Source: Eledone cirrhosa
Taxonomy: Eukaryota
Assembly: GCA_964016885.1 (NCBI GenBank)
Contig: OZ024762.1
Coordinates: forward strand, 16,988,001 to 17,052,000
Direction of reading: 5' to 3'
DNA: 64,000 nucleotides
The position numbers and the translations under genes were made by a program. Below, in pieces: positions 26,809-42,042 of this stretch; position 1 is the stretch's first letter; each line of letters begins with the position of its first letter. The notes below the pieces were generated by a model. It saw only the letters and a program-made list of their open reading frames with translations, was not told the origin of the DNA and ran no database searches.

Positions 26809-27234
26809 GGTCTTACACACATATATATATATAAGACCAACATAGTTACATATACACAGCCATACACGGACACACAGTTACACACAGTCATACAAACACA
26901 CACAGAGAGTCATACAAACACACACACCTCTGCAATGCACATAATAAAATACTTGGAACTCTTTTAACCATCTTTTGATCTTATATTATATTTGCTCTAC
27001 GGTTCTTATATCTATCTATCTATGTATAGAGAGAGAGAGAGAGAGAGAGAGATATTGTGTAGTTTAGTTATAAAACTGACAGAGGGTGTGTGTGGGGTTG
27101 TAGGGTGAGGTTGTAGGGTGTGTGTGTGTGGGGGGGGGGGATAGAGAGAACAAGAGGGACAAATGCCATGTTTGTAAAAATGTCATTCATTCTCTGATTT
27201 ATAATATACAATGTCTTAGTTTATATTCTTTGAT

Positions 27235-27296
<62 letters not shown>

Positions 27297-27400
27297 ATCA
27301 AAGAATACCTATGTATATATATGTATATATATATACAAATACATATGTATACATATGTATATATATATACATATATACACATATGTATATATATATACAC

Positions 27401-27449
<49 letters not shown>

Positions 27450-27739
27450 CAAAAGTCAGACACAGAGGAGACTGAGGTTAGCTGGACATGCTCACCAGCA
27501 TCCAGAGTTTTACCCGGAATTTTACACGCCCTAGATAGATGGATAGATATATATATACACATATGTATATATATATCATCATCATCACCGTTTTACGTCT
27601 GTTCTTCCACGCTAGCATGGGTTAGATGGGTTGTCCTGTTGTGGGCAGTGTCTGGTCGGCTAACCATGCCTTGCTCATACAGGAACTGATTCTGGCTTGA
27701 TTTCTACAGCTGGATGCCCTTCCTAACACCAACCTCATT

Positions 27740-29658
<1,919 letters not shown>

Positions 29659-30989
29659 TCTTAAACTTAATCTTAAAGAGAGAGATGGAGATAGGAGAGG
29701 AGAGATAGGTGAATTATTTTCAACTGAACCAGATCAATAATGATCAATAGTCATTTGATCCAGAAATATTATATGGAGTATTGAAACAATTGTAAACGGG
29801 CATTAACCCCGCCAAGGTTAACTTTGCCTTTCAACCTTACGGGGTCGATAAAATAAAGTACCAGTAATGCACTGGGTAATTGCTGGCCTTGGGCCTAACG
29901 TAGAAACAATTATTATTATTAATATTATTATTATTATTATTCTCTACATTCCTTACATCAAACTAAATATGTTGACAATCTTTTAATAATGTCTTCCTTG
30001 TGAAATTTGTGGTCTTGTTTTGCTTAACTAATGAATATATATATATTAAAAATACTCTTACTTTAGTCCAGAAATAGCCGTCAAAAGAAACGGCTTGAGC
30101 TCTGCCGTCGGGGTCATACTTTCTCCTATATATATATATGTATATGAAGAGTTGTCATATTAATATCAACAGCCTACCCCCATCACTGACTCCCCCTACC
30201 ACCCGACTCCCCCACCAAGATTCATTATAAATTAGGTTATATATAAACAGACACACACACCCCCCTGCACACATTTAATAACTCAGATAAACACTGTCAT
30301 CATAACTTTCTTTTACAGCCCTGGGGTGGGGGTAGGGGTAGCATTGTAGAGCCCTGCCCCCTGTTCACCCCTAGCAGTCCCCACCCCTCCGTTTGATCTT
30401 CTTCTCAAAGTTGTTATAAATGAAGGCCAATGGTTGGTGAATTTGCTGAAGTCGTTAGTGGCAGAATCATTAAAAATGTTACAAGAGGATGTGTTGCCAC
30501 AGGGGAAGGGATGGGTGTTGGGGGTGGGGTTTAAGGCGCTATTTGCAGAGGAAGTAGAGAGGGGTGTGTGTGTGTGATGTAAGGGGTTATTTGCTCTAGT
30601 TGCGCTCTGTATCTTCTGTTCTGAGTGCAGAGAAAAAAAACAAAAACCCCGTCGAGGTCATCTTCATCTTTCATCCTTGCTATAGTTCAATATATAAATA
30701 AGGAACCGCTCAGATATATATCATCATCATCACCGTTTTATGTCCGTTCTTCCACGCTAGCATGGGTTAGACGAGGTGTCCTGTTGTGGGCAGTATCTGG
30801 TCGGCTGACCTTGTCTTGCTCATACGGGAACTGATTCTGGCTTGATTTCTACAGCTGGATGCCCTTCCTAACACCAACCTCATTTACAGTGAGTGCTGGG
30901 TGCTTTTTTGCCGTGGCGCCTCCACGTCCACTTTACAGTGAGGGCTGGGTGCTTTTTTTCCGTGGCACCTCCATATATACCTATATATA

Positions 30990-31326
30990 CAGGGTGTTCG
31001 GGATAAATTTGACAGTTTCATCAGGAAAAGGAAAAAGTGCTTGGTATCTACAAAATTTATTTGATTTAAAAGAAATTCAATGGACAAGGAAATTACACTA
31101 TTGTCAAAGAGTTTTACTCAAAATAACCGCCATTAGCGTCTATTACAGCATGAATGAATTAACCGCCATTAGCGTCTATTACAGCATGAATGAATTAACC
31201 GCCATTAGCGTCTATTACAGCATGAATGAATTAACCGCCATTAGCGTCTATTACAGCATGAATGAATTTATAACATCTGAAAAAACAACCAAATATTATT
31301 CTGTCAAATTTATCCCGAACACCCTG
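30990..31326. mobile_element. Tc1/mariner MITE with internal 36-bp x4 repeat
   Basis: TA|CAGGGTGTTCGGGATAAATTTGACAG...CTGTCAAATTTATCCCGAACACCCTG|TA, perfect 26-bp TIR. Confidence 0.92.
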
Positions 31327-31427
31327 TATATACACACACACGCATGTATGTATGTATGGTCCCCCTAACTCCTGATAAAGTCGTATGGGAGTCGTATTGA
31401 TATACAGCGTTTCTTGGGCATTTTAAG

Positions 31428-31645
31428 CCAGGTGGAGCCTATTCTTCTCCAGGCCTGACCTGCTTGGAGCCCATCCCTCTCCAGGCCTGACCTGGTGGAG
31501 CCCATCCCTCTCCAGGTCTGACCAGGTGGAGCCCATCCCTCTCCAGGTCTGACCTGGTGGAGCCCATCCCTCTCCAGGTCTGACCAGGTGGAGCCCATCC
31601 CTCTCCAGGTCTGACCAGGCGGAGCCCATCCCTCCCCAGGCCTGA
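31428..31645. repeat. 31-bp minisatellite CCAGGTGGAGCCCATCCCTCTCCAGGTCTGA, ~7 copies
   Basis: Direct reading. Confidence 0.9.
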
Positions 31646-31756
31646 GTACAGCAGATTTCTTCCAGAGAAAGATAGAAAGTGAGAGAGAGAAAGAGAGAGA
31701 GATATAGAGGAAGAATCAACCCCAGTACTGGACTGGTACTTTATATATAAGCATAG

Positions 31757-32055
31757 ACGAGTTGAGAAAGAAACTGGGTATAAGAGGGATAAGTTGTAGT
31801 GTGCGGGAGAGAAGACTGCGATGGTATGGACATGTGATGTGCATGGAGGATGACCGCTGGGTGAAGATGAGCCAGGAAGTCCAAGTGGAGGGAAGACCAC
31901 GAAAAACATGGGCAGGGGTGGTGAGAGCTGACTTCAGATCGCTGAAGCTTATGGAGGAGATGACGAAGGACCGTGACAAGTGGAGAGATGCTGTGCTGAA
32001 TAGGACCCGTCCCACCCTTGCAAGCAGGGAAAAGCGGACATAAAATGATGATGGA
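31757..32055 (+). mobile_element. RTE LINE 3' end
   Basis: ORF 31762-32043 ...VRERRLRWYGHVM...GRPRKTW...; ATGATG tail; sits within a SINE remnant. Confidence 0.88.
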
Positions 32056-32388
32056 GAGATAGAGAGAGGAGAGGAAATGAGAAAGAGATATAGAGCAAGA
32101 AACGACACCAGTATTAGACTGGTACTTTTTTTTATTGACCCCGAATGGATGAGATTTGAACTCAGAGAATAGGGAGCTGAAACGAATACCATTGAAGGGA
32201 AGGGAAGGACAAGAGCTCTAGGGTCACAGAAGTATAGCAGGGAGAAGAGGGAGAGTGGTGGGCTCTAGGCCTAAGGTGCAGCAGTGTTGGGGCTGTCCCT
32301 CCCCCCACAGACGATGGCCAGCGGAGAAGCTCGGCAGTATGAGGTTTGAGGACGCCTGAGGTCTCGACAGTGACCAGTGAGAAGAATG

Positions 32389-32679
32389 GGGGTCAATTGC
32401 TCCTAGTTCAATATATATGGTACCAGTTAAATACTGGGCTCAATTGCTCCTAGTTCAATATATATGGTACCAGTTAAATACTGGGCTCAATTGCTCCTAG
32501 TTCAATATATATGGTACCAGTTAAATACTGGGGTCAATTGCTCCTAGTTCAATATATATGGTACCAGTTAAATACTGGGGTCAATTGCTCCTAGTTCAAT
32601 ATATATGGTACCAGTTAAATACTGGGGTCAATTGTTCCTAGTTCAATATATATGGTACCAGTTAGACACTGGGGTCAAT
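32389..32679. repeat. 46-47-bp minisatellite, ~6 copies
   Basis: GGGGTCAATTGCTCCTAGTTCAATATATATGGTACCAGTTAAATACT. Confidence 0.9.
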
Positions 32680-33049
32680 TCTTCTCCCACTCTCCTCCAA
32701 CAGTAGTCTCAAAATAGATGTGGAAACCTCTGGATTTGATGAACTCAGAAACATAAATATTAAACTGCTGTATGTGTGTGTAAATGTGTGTGTGTGTGTG
32801 TGTGTGTAAATGTGTGTGTGTGTGTGTGTAAACTGAGAGAGAGAGAGGGATAGAAAACTATATTAGGTTATATAAACATGTGAGAGTAATTTTGTTGTTG
32901 TTATTGTTGTTTCACACCTGGCCAGGTTTAGCCTCCCCCCTACCATGATGTGGTATTTCAGATGAAGTTCATCGAGTCTTAAACGATACTTAATTTTTCT
33001 GGGTGACATAAGGTGGGGTTTGAACTCAGTACACCCTAGTTTATGAAGG

Positions 33050-33514
33050 GACAGCTGGTGCCCTAGAAAACCTCCTGGGAAAATTTCTCCTGCTTCTGAG
33101 GGCCAGCTGGTTCCCTGGAAAATGGGGATAACTGGGAAGATTTCTCCTGCTTCTGAGGGCCACCTGGGGCCCTGGAAAATGGGGATAACTGGGAAGATTT
33201 CTCCTGCTTCTGAAGGCCAGCTGGTGCCCTGGAAAATGGGGATAACTGGGAAGATTTCTCCTGCTTTTGAGGGCCAGCTGGTGCTCTGGAAAATGGGGAT
33301 AACTGGGAAGATTTCTCTTGCTTCTGAGGGCCAGCTGGGGCCCTGAAAAACGGGGATAACTGGGAAGATTTCTTCTGCTTCTGAGCACCAGCTGGTGCCC
33401 TGGAAAATGGGGAGAACTGGGAAGATTTCTCCTGCTTCTGAGGGCCAGTTGAGGCCCTGGAAAACGGGGATAACTGGGAAGATTTCTCCTGTTTCTGAGG
33501 GACACATGGGGCCC
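33050..33514. repeat. 57-bp tandem repeat, ~8 copies
   Basis: CCAGCTGGTGCCCTGGAAAATGGGGATAACTGGGAAGATTTCTCCTGCTTCTGAGGG. Confidence 0.93.
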
Positions 33515-33699
33515 AAAACAGATTTAGGAAAAGGTTTAGAAATCATCATCATCATCACTACGAAACGTTTGTCAATCAATTAAACAATTTGATTTAATTT
33601 AATTCTGGTTATTTTTTATTCATATATATATATATACACAGACATTTTTTCCAATTCCAACCCGCCCATTCCCTCAATCTATCTTATATTCTCATTCTT

Positions 33700-33735
33700 T
33701 CTTCTGATGAAGGACTAGCATCCAAAACATTAAGA
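33700..33735 (+). ncRNA. Decayed minimal hammerhead
   Basis: CTT-CTGATGA-AGGA-CTAGCA-TCC-AAAA-CATT-AAG; two CpG-type transitions away from TCC-GAAA-CGTT. Confidence 0.45.
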
Positions 33736-35109
33736 CTCTCTTCCTGCTATTTCAAGCATTAACCTAATATATTCCTTCCATATACTGTACTGATTGTGTT
33801 GTTATTTCTGTTTACCTTTTAAATAAATATATATGTGTATATATATAAGTATTGCACCAAGAAAAATATAAACGTTGGCATGAAGGAGATTTGAAATTTA
33901 TTTGCTATAACATATGTTTCTGTGTCTATTATAATTGTCTTCATATGCTGACTACAATATATACTGTTCAATCATATGTAATACTTAATTATTAATCACA
34001 CTTCATCAGAAAGCCTATACTTATGGAAATGACTATTCATATACATATACACACATACACATATATATAGATGTTTACATATATATATATACATATGCAG
34101 AAAACAACAGTAAACATTCATGTGAAGTGTTGTTGTTGTTGTTACAGTGACTCCATTCACAGTTTCTGTTGGTAACTTGAAGAAATTGAAAAGATCAGAG
34201 TTCACAGACAGTTATTTCTCTCTCCATACCACCACACCACCATACCACTGCACCACCACACCATACCAGTACACCCCCATACCACCACACCACTACACCA
34301 CCATACCACTGCACCACACCACACCACACCACCATACCGCCACACCACACCACTACACCACCACACCACACACCACACCACACCACCACCACACCACACC
34401 ACAACACCACCACCACCACACCACTACACCACCACCACCACACTACACTGTCTTGTGTTTGCAAGGAATGTGTATGCATGCAATGTGTGTGTGTGTGTGT
34501 ATGTGTGTGAGAAAGAGAGCATGTTTGTGTGTGTGTTAACGTGTGTGTGTATGTGTGAGAGAGACAGAGAGCATGTGTGTGTGTGTTGTACATGTGAAGA
34601 ATGTGCGAGAGAGAGATAGAGAGAAAATGTGTGTGTGGGAGAGACAGAGGGTAAGTTGGTGTGTGTGTGTCTGTATGCAAAGTATGTGTGTGTGCATGTG
34701 AAGTATGTGAGTGTGTGAGTGTGTGCATGTGAAGTATGTGTGTCTGTCTGCATGCAAAGTATGTCTGTATGCAAAGTATGTGTGTGTGCATGTGAAATAT
34801 ATGTGTGTATGTGTTTGCATGAAAAGTTATCTGCATGTAAAGTATGTATGTGTGTGTGTGTCTGCATGTAAAGTATGTATGTGTGTGTATGTATGTGAAG
34901 TATGTGTGTGTGCATGTCTGCCTGCGAAGTATGTGTGTGTGTGTCTGCATGTGAAGTATGTCTGTGTGCAAACTGTGTTGTGTGTGCATGCGTGTGTGTA
35001 TGTGTGTATGAATTTGTATGTATGTATATGTGTGTGTATCAGTCCTGAGATGTTATTAAATAACACAAACATTACTTCATATATAACTTACACCAATGAA
35101 AACATAACT

Positions 35110-35360
35110 ATATAATAATAATAATAATAATAAAAATAATAATGGAATTATTGTGTACAGTGCTCAGGTGCACTACAACTCATCAAAGGTGCATGTATAG
35201 TACATAGAATAATGTACAAATGTCAGGAAAATGAACAGTGTACGAGTCATGGTACACATGTGTGCATGTGTATGGAGGGGGGATATCAGGTGTAGTGTTG
35301 GTGAATCTCAGGAAGCATGGAGGTTTTAAAGGATGCAGTGTCTCGACAGCTAACAACTGT
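35110..35360 (-). mobile_element. CR1-type LINE tail
   Basis: Reverse complement of ~10150-10500 sequence, with (TAA)n tail. Confidence 0.8.
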
Positions 35361-36345
35361 CGAGGTTAACTTTGCCATTCATCCTTACGGGGTCGATAAA
35401 ATAAAGTACCAGTAATACACTGGGGTTGATTTAATGGACTTTCCCTTCCTCCCCTTCAAATTGCTGGCCTTGGGCCTATAGTAGAGACAAATAGGTTGGC
35501 AGGATTGTTAAAGAATCAAATGGGATGGTTTGGAAATATCTGATCAGGCTCCGTGAATCGGTAGAGGGTCGGACACCCTTTGCAGCATAGAGTTATGGCC
35601 TTTTACGTTCTGCGTTCAAATGGATTGGCAGAATCGGTAGAGTGTCAGACAGCCTGCTTTGCAGCCTAGAGTTATGGACCTTTACGTCTTGAGTTCAAAT
35701 CCCGCCGAGGTTAATTTTGCCTTTCATCCTTACGGGGTCAATAAAATAAAGTACCAGTAATACACTGGGATAATTGCTGTCCTTGTGCCAAAAGTAGAAA
35801 CAATTATCATTATTATGAAAAAACCCGTAGAGGGTTGGACATGCTTTCCAGCATAGAGTTACGTCCCTTTACGATCTGAGTTCAAATCCCGCCAAGGTTA
35901 ACTTTGCCTTTCATCCTTACAAGGTCGATAAAATAAAGTACCAGTAATGTACTGGGTAATTGCTGGCCTTGTGCCGAAAGTAGAAACAATTATTATGAAA
36001 AACCCCACACTGTATCGTCCTGTACAGTCTTTAATGTTTCCTTAATGTGAACCCTGTGTGGTTAATAAAGACATTTTTATTATCTTTATTACCATTTAAA
36101 GTAGGGCAGTGGTTTGGCAGTATCAGTAGAGGGTTGGACACCATGCTTTGCAGCATAGAGTTATGGCCCTTTACGGTCTGAGTTCAAATCCCGTCGAGGT
36201 TAACTTTGCCTTTCATCCTTATGGGGGGGGGGGGGGGGGGGTCGATAAAATAAAGTACCAGTCATGCACTGGTGGTGATTTAATCGACTTTCCCTTCCTC
36301 CCCCATAATTGCTGGCCTTGGGCCTATAATAGAAACCATTATTAC
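35360..36345 (+). mobile_element. Cluster of ~5 Meta-like SINE copies
   Basis: Repeated B box + core. Confidence 0.85.
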
Positions 36346-36593
36346 CATTTAAAGTCTGCAATAACTGTATATGTCCTCATAGCCGAAGTCAATACTTAAA
36401 TGGTGCTACAGACATATCAGATGGCTCGGGGGGTGGAGTGGGGGTGGGGAAGGAGGTGTCTACATCTTACTGATACATGCAATCTATATTGTGCATCTTA
36501 TCGTTGCATCAACAGTAGGGAGGTTGTCATGTCTTTGACACAACTGAAGAGTCTTACCAAACCCTTTGTTTGGCACATGTATATATATGGCAC

Positions 36594-36660
<67 letters not shown>

Positions 36661-37329
36661 TATGTATGTATACGTACATACATTTTATCCACAGATTTTG
36701 TGAAATCCAGGGAAAAAACCAATAAAGTCTTAACTCAGAATAAAATAAAGTTTAAATACTTATCCTTCAATTTGGAAAAACTACAGACGTACAGTAGCAT
36801 GCATATATATATATATACATATATACATACAGGCACACATATATATATGCACGTATCAGTTTACCGAACATTTATTATAATGTTTGTTTGTAAACAAACG
36901 AACAGCCTGAATTACGCCGTACAGTGTTTAGGCAACCACGTCACCTTTTTGTTCAACACTGACACAGGAACGATGTACTAGTTTCAAGCTTGTTAGCTAT
37001 CGTCAGCACCGTATACCTTTCTGCCAGATGGTTGAACGTCCGAAAGCATATACTTTCCTTATGAAAATTAACGGCTGAGCAGCCTAATTTGCATATCGAG
37101 TGAGTTCAGTCGGCCAGGCGCACCGAAAACGATAAATGGAATAGAATGAAACGAAATTTCATTTCTCACTCTTAGTACGGCACTTACTTAAATGTAAGTA
37201 TGTATGTATACGTACATACATATATGTATACAGACGTACAGTAGCATGCATATATATATATATAGTAAGTAAGTGCCGTACTAAGAGTGAGAAATGAAAT
37301 TTCGTTTCATTCTATTCCATTTATATATA

Positions 37330-37731
37330 TATGGTGGCTGCCAACTCGTTTTCGAGTACGGCCACTACTTTATATCCATGTAGGAGAACCCCTACCGATG
37401 CGCTGAAAGAATGTGACTTTTTAGTCCAGCCAGCGACTTGAAAACTCTGGTACAAAGACTACACTTGTGACCATTATTGACACATAGTGCAGGGCCCATG
37501 GTACCATGTGATGACAAGTGCAGAGAGATCTCCAGATATAAAGCAATGCCTGTGCTGTGAAGCTTTTATAGTGAGCAAAGGCACTGCACAAAGCCAGTCC
37601 CACTCTCTTAACCAAGATGATATTTACCAAAAAGAAGAACAAGTCAACATCATTGGATACCATCAGGGTTGCAGGTGTTATATCAGAGTTTTCCTTCTCC
37701 TAGAATTCTGCCTTGACAAAGGCTAAGGGGT
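37330..37731 (-). mobile_element. Dispersed repeat with RTE 5'UTR-like motif CTAGGAGAAGG..AACTC
   Basis: Homologous to 52930-53280 (+) and, in part, to 39190-39375. Confidence 0.6.
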
Positions 37732-37747
37732 CATATATACATACATA

Positions 37748-37790
<43 letters not shown>

Positions 37791-38089
37791 GAAAATAGAG
37801 AAATTAATGTGAGCAAGAAGCCAACAGTATTTCATAATATATAAGTCACTATAACGTCAAAATGGAAAATAATTAACGTAAGATATGGGAAAATAATTCA
37901 AACTCAATTAAAAAAAAAATCAAGACAGAGATTTTATCCACAGATTTTGTGAAATCCAGGGAAAAAAACCAATAAAGTCTTAACTCAGAATAAAATAAAG
38001 TTTAAATAATTATCCTTCAATTTGGAAAAACTACAAATGCTCTATATAGTCTTAAAAAGACTATTTCACGAAATATATATATATAATCG

Positions 38090-38355
38090 TGAAGGCGCAT
38101 GTCTTAGTGGTTAAAGCATTGGCCTTGCAATCGAAAGGTTGTGAGTTCAATTCTCGGACCGGGTGATATGTTGTTTCCTTGAGCAAGACACTTTATTTCA
38201 CATTGCTCCCGTTTACTCAGCTGTAGAAATGAGTACCGGCCTGCCCGCCCAGCCAGTGGGATGGCGTTATCTTATGGCTAAAACAGCACGACGTGCTGTG
38301 ACCAGCGGCGCTGATTGGCGCCCGACAGACTGGTCGGTCAAGGTGATCAAGGTGA
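38090..38355 (+). mobile_element. CORE-like tRNA SINE
   Basis: TAGTGGTT A box, GAGTTCAATTC B box, CCTTGAGCAAGACACTT core. Confidence 0.8.
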
Positions 38356-38927
38356 TATATATAATCATCATCATCACCGTTTTACGTCCGTTCTTCCACA
38401 ACACTAACATAGGTTAGACGGGTTGTCCTGTTGTGGGCAGTGTCCAGTCGGCTGACCTTGTCTTGCTCACACGGGAACTGATTCTGGCTTTATTTCTACA
38501 GCTGGATGCCCTTCCTAACACCAACCTCATTTACAGTGAGTGCTGGGTGCTTTTTTCCATGGCACCTACACGCCCACTTTACAGTGGGAGAGGATGGGGG
38601 CATGTTGTCTATATGTTTCAGCTTCAGCTTGTTACCGTGAAGGTATGGTAAAAACCAGGTAGACCATAACCCACCAGAATACTCGATACTTGGGGTAGTA
38701 GAGTGGGTAATAGGAAAAAATTCAGGACTCCAACAGCTGAGCTCTGGCCGTTTCGACAGCTAGACCCGAACTGAACTCAGCCATCGGTCCCTGAATCTTT
38801 TCATATATATATATACATATATATATAGTAATAATAATAATAGTAATAATAATAAAATTGAAGACTAAAATCCAAAGAGGGCTCGATAAGGAAAATATAT
38901 ATCAAATATATAAGAACCGTAGAGCAA

Positions 38928-39170
38928 ATATTTATTAAAATAACAGATTAAAGTTTAAGCAAAGAATCGCTGCTTTCACCCCTAACGGGATCTTCTGAAA
39001 CTAACAAAGTCAATCTGTAAACGCAGAACTGGATATTTCAACGGTTGCGACGTTTTTTGAAATATCCAGTTCTGCGTTTACAGATTGACTTTGTTAGTTT
39101 CAGAAGATCCCGTTAGGGGTGAAAGCAGCGATTCTTTGCTTAAACTTTAATCTGTTATTTTAATAAATAT
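38928..39170. repeat. Perfect inverted repeat, 114-bp arms, 15-nt spacer
   Basis: 38928-39041 versus 39057-39170. Confidence 0.93.
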
Positions 39171-40544
39171 ACATATATATATATATAGATTGATCATTAC
39201 TTCTTTTCGGATTATAGCTACTGTCGCTCAGAGAGTGGGATTGGCTCAGTGCACAGTCTTTCCTCACTTTAAAATATATCTTCACGCACAGGCATTGCAC
39301 AATAGAATTAATTAATAATTATTAATAATGGTATATCGTACAATGGCCATACTCGATGACACGAGAGCAGCCATCATATACACACACACACACACATATA
39401 TGTGTGTGTGTGTGTTGAGCAATGAATACAAAAGTCGTTAAATGCTTAACTAGTTTATTGTTCTATAATCATTTCAAAAGGTTGATTGATCCTGATAAAT
39501 CAATATATTGACTAATCAATACTAGTTATGTAACACTATATTATTAGTCTTGATATTTATAGATCTATCTCACATTCTTTGTCAGAAATCTTATTGGCCC
39601 TACCATAGACAATGGGTGTATATATAAAAGCAGACGTAAAATGATGATGATGATGATATATATATCATCATCATCATCCGGATATTAAACCGTTGAAAAT
39701 TCTCGCAGTAGAATAACTCTAAGCCATAAATTTGGATAAAATAACACCAAGTTACAATCATCATCATCATCAACGTTTAACGTCCGTGTTCCACGCTTGC
39801 ATGGGTTTGGACGGGGGTTTTCCCACTTGAGGCAAGAGTGATTGTCTTGCTCGCATAGGACTGTCTGGCGGGTTTTCTACAGCTGGATGCCCTTCCTAAC
39901 ACCAACCACATTTACAGTGTGGGGCTGGGAGGTTTTTACCGTGTTGCCTACACGGCCACATTACAGCGTGGACTGCGTGTTTTTTTTGTCGTGACACCTA
40001 CACGATCTCCATTACTATAACAAACATTCAATACAGATATAACTTAACTTATGTAATGGATGTGAAATCCGTAACTCTCATATTCTACACACATACAAAT
40101 TTGAACTATACAGAAAATATCATTGCATTGCACCCACCATAATACACTAACATATTTGCTTATAGTGCTTGTATTTTATGTAATACCTTGCCATACAGTA
40201 CTCATATATGCACGATAAATTTGCTTGTTCCATTCCTTTCATCATTTCATCATTTCATTTTACGTCCGCTTTTTCCCTGCTTGCAAGGGTAGGACGGGAA
40301 CTGATTCTGGCTTGATTTCTACAGCTGGATGCCCTTCCTAACACCAACCTCATTTACAGTGAGTGCTGGGTGCTTTTTTGCCGTCGCACCTCCACGACCA
40401 CTTTTGCAGTGGAATGATAGGGACCCCAGTCCCTATCATCTCATTTCTACAGCTGAGTAAACTGGAGCAATGTGAGATAAAGTGTCTTGCTCAAGGAAAC
40501 AACACATCACCCGGTCTGAGAATTGAACTCACAACCTTTCGATT

Positions 40545-41412
40545 GGTGCACTACAACTCATCAAAGGTACATGTATAGTACATAGAATAATGTACAAATG
40601 TCAGGAAAGTGAACAGTGTATGAGTTATGATATACACACAGATACATGCGTGCGTGTGTATGGAGGGGGAATATCAGGTGTAGTGTTGATGAATTTCAGG
40701 AAGCATGGAGGTTTTAAAGGATGTAGTGTCTCTACAGCTAACAACTGATGAGGGTAGTTTGTTCCATGGAGGTTTTAAAGGATGCAGTGTCTCGACCGCT
40801 AACAACTGATGCAGGTAGTTTGTTCCACGGAGGTTTTAAAGGATGCAGTGTCTCGACAACTAACAACTGATGCTAGTAGTTTGTTCCATGGAGGTTTTAA
40901 AGGATGCAGTGTATCGACAGCTAACAACTGATGCAAGTAGTTTGTTCCATGGAGGTTTTAAAGGATGCAGTGTCGCGACAGCCAACAACTGATGCAGGTA
41001 GTTTGTTCCATGGAGGTTTTAAAGGATGCAGTGTCTCGACAGCTAATAACTGATGCAGGTAGTTTGTTCCATGGAAGTTTTAAAGGATGCAGTGTCTCGA
41101 CAGCTAACAACTGATGCAGGTAGTTTGTTCCATGGAGGTTTTAAAGGATGCAGTGTCTCGACAACTAACAACTGATGCAAGTAGTTTGTTCCATGGAGGT
41201 TTTAAAGGATGCAGTGTCTCGACAGCTAACAACTGATGCAAGTAGTTTGTTCCATGGAGATTTTAAAGGATGCAGTGTCGTGACAGCTAATAACTGATGC
41301 AGGTAGTTTGTTCCATGCTTCAGGAACTCTGAGCATGAAAAAATGTTTCTGAAAGTGATGGGAACTGTGCTGTTTTCAGATTTTGAAAGCATGCCCAAGG
41401 GTGTTAGACATA
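40545..41412 (-). mobile_element. CR1-type LINE tail with 61-bp array (~10 copies, 40700-41318)
   Basis: Unit GGAGGTTTTAAAGGATGCAGTGTCTCGACAGCTAACAACTGATGCAGGTAGTTTGTTCCAT is antisense to the WNKLPASVVSCRDTASFKTS codons. Confidence 0.9.
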
Positions 41413-41777
41413 TCAGGAAGCTGATATTGAGAACATTCCTGTTCTAATCCTAGCTACTATGCTGATTATATCATCTAGATGACAGAAGCTATTCACTACT
41501 TCTAGGGATCTTTCTTCATTATCCTAAGATATTAACGGTGGTGCGAGAAAGATTTGGCTGCCGTTTCTAGCACAGTGGGATTTGAGATTAGTAGACAAAA
41601 GCTCTCTGAAGTGGGTGATTTTTATTTTTTGATCTAAAGAAAAAGAAAAAAAAAAATCAAGCAAGGGAGATAACTCTAATAATTCCAGTTGAATGAATAT
41701 TTTTCATAATCTATAAGATATGGAGTGGATCTGGTTTTTATAGTTAAATGATGAAAAGGCTTTTATATATATATACT

Positions 41778-41997
41778 CAGGGTGTCCCCAAAAATATATA
41801 CACAATAAAATCTTTTAAAAAATGCATTAAAATAAATTGTTTTATATGCATTATTTTAATTATGTAAACATTTTGGGTATTTACATACAATTGAATTATG
41901 TCTGTAGATCATTTTATTTTTGGGAAAGGCTGTGTATTCTAATAAATATTGCCTGTACAGGTAATCAAAGTGTGTATACATTTTTTGGGACACCCTA
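41778..41997. mobile_element. mariner-type MITE
   Basis: AGGGTGTCCCCAAAAATATATACAC / GTGTATACATTTTTTGGGACACCCT; partial copies at 49555-49650 and 52240-52315. Confidence 0.75.
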
Positions 41998-42042
41998 GAT
42001 ATATATATTTAATATAGAAATGGCTTCTACAGAACTTCCTGG

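Noticed and set aside
37075-37135. CTGAGCA-GCCT...AGGC-GCACC-GAAA hammerhead-like motif
   Set aside because: Core G8 is missing, and extra bases separate stem II from GAAA.
37421-37726. ORFs of 79-80 aa that look unique
   Set aside because: They lie in a dispersed repeat homologous to 52930-53280 and 39190-39375.
38090-38165. tRNA genes at SINE heads
   Set aside because: A/B boxes run straight into SINE cores; no complete cloverleaf.
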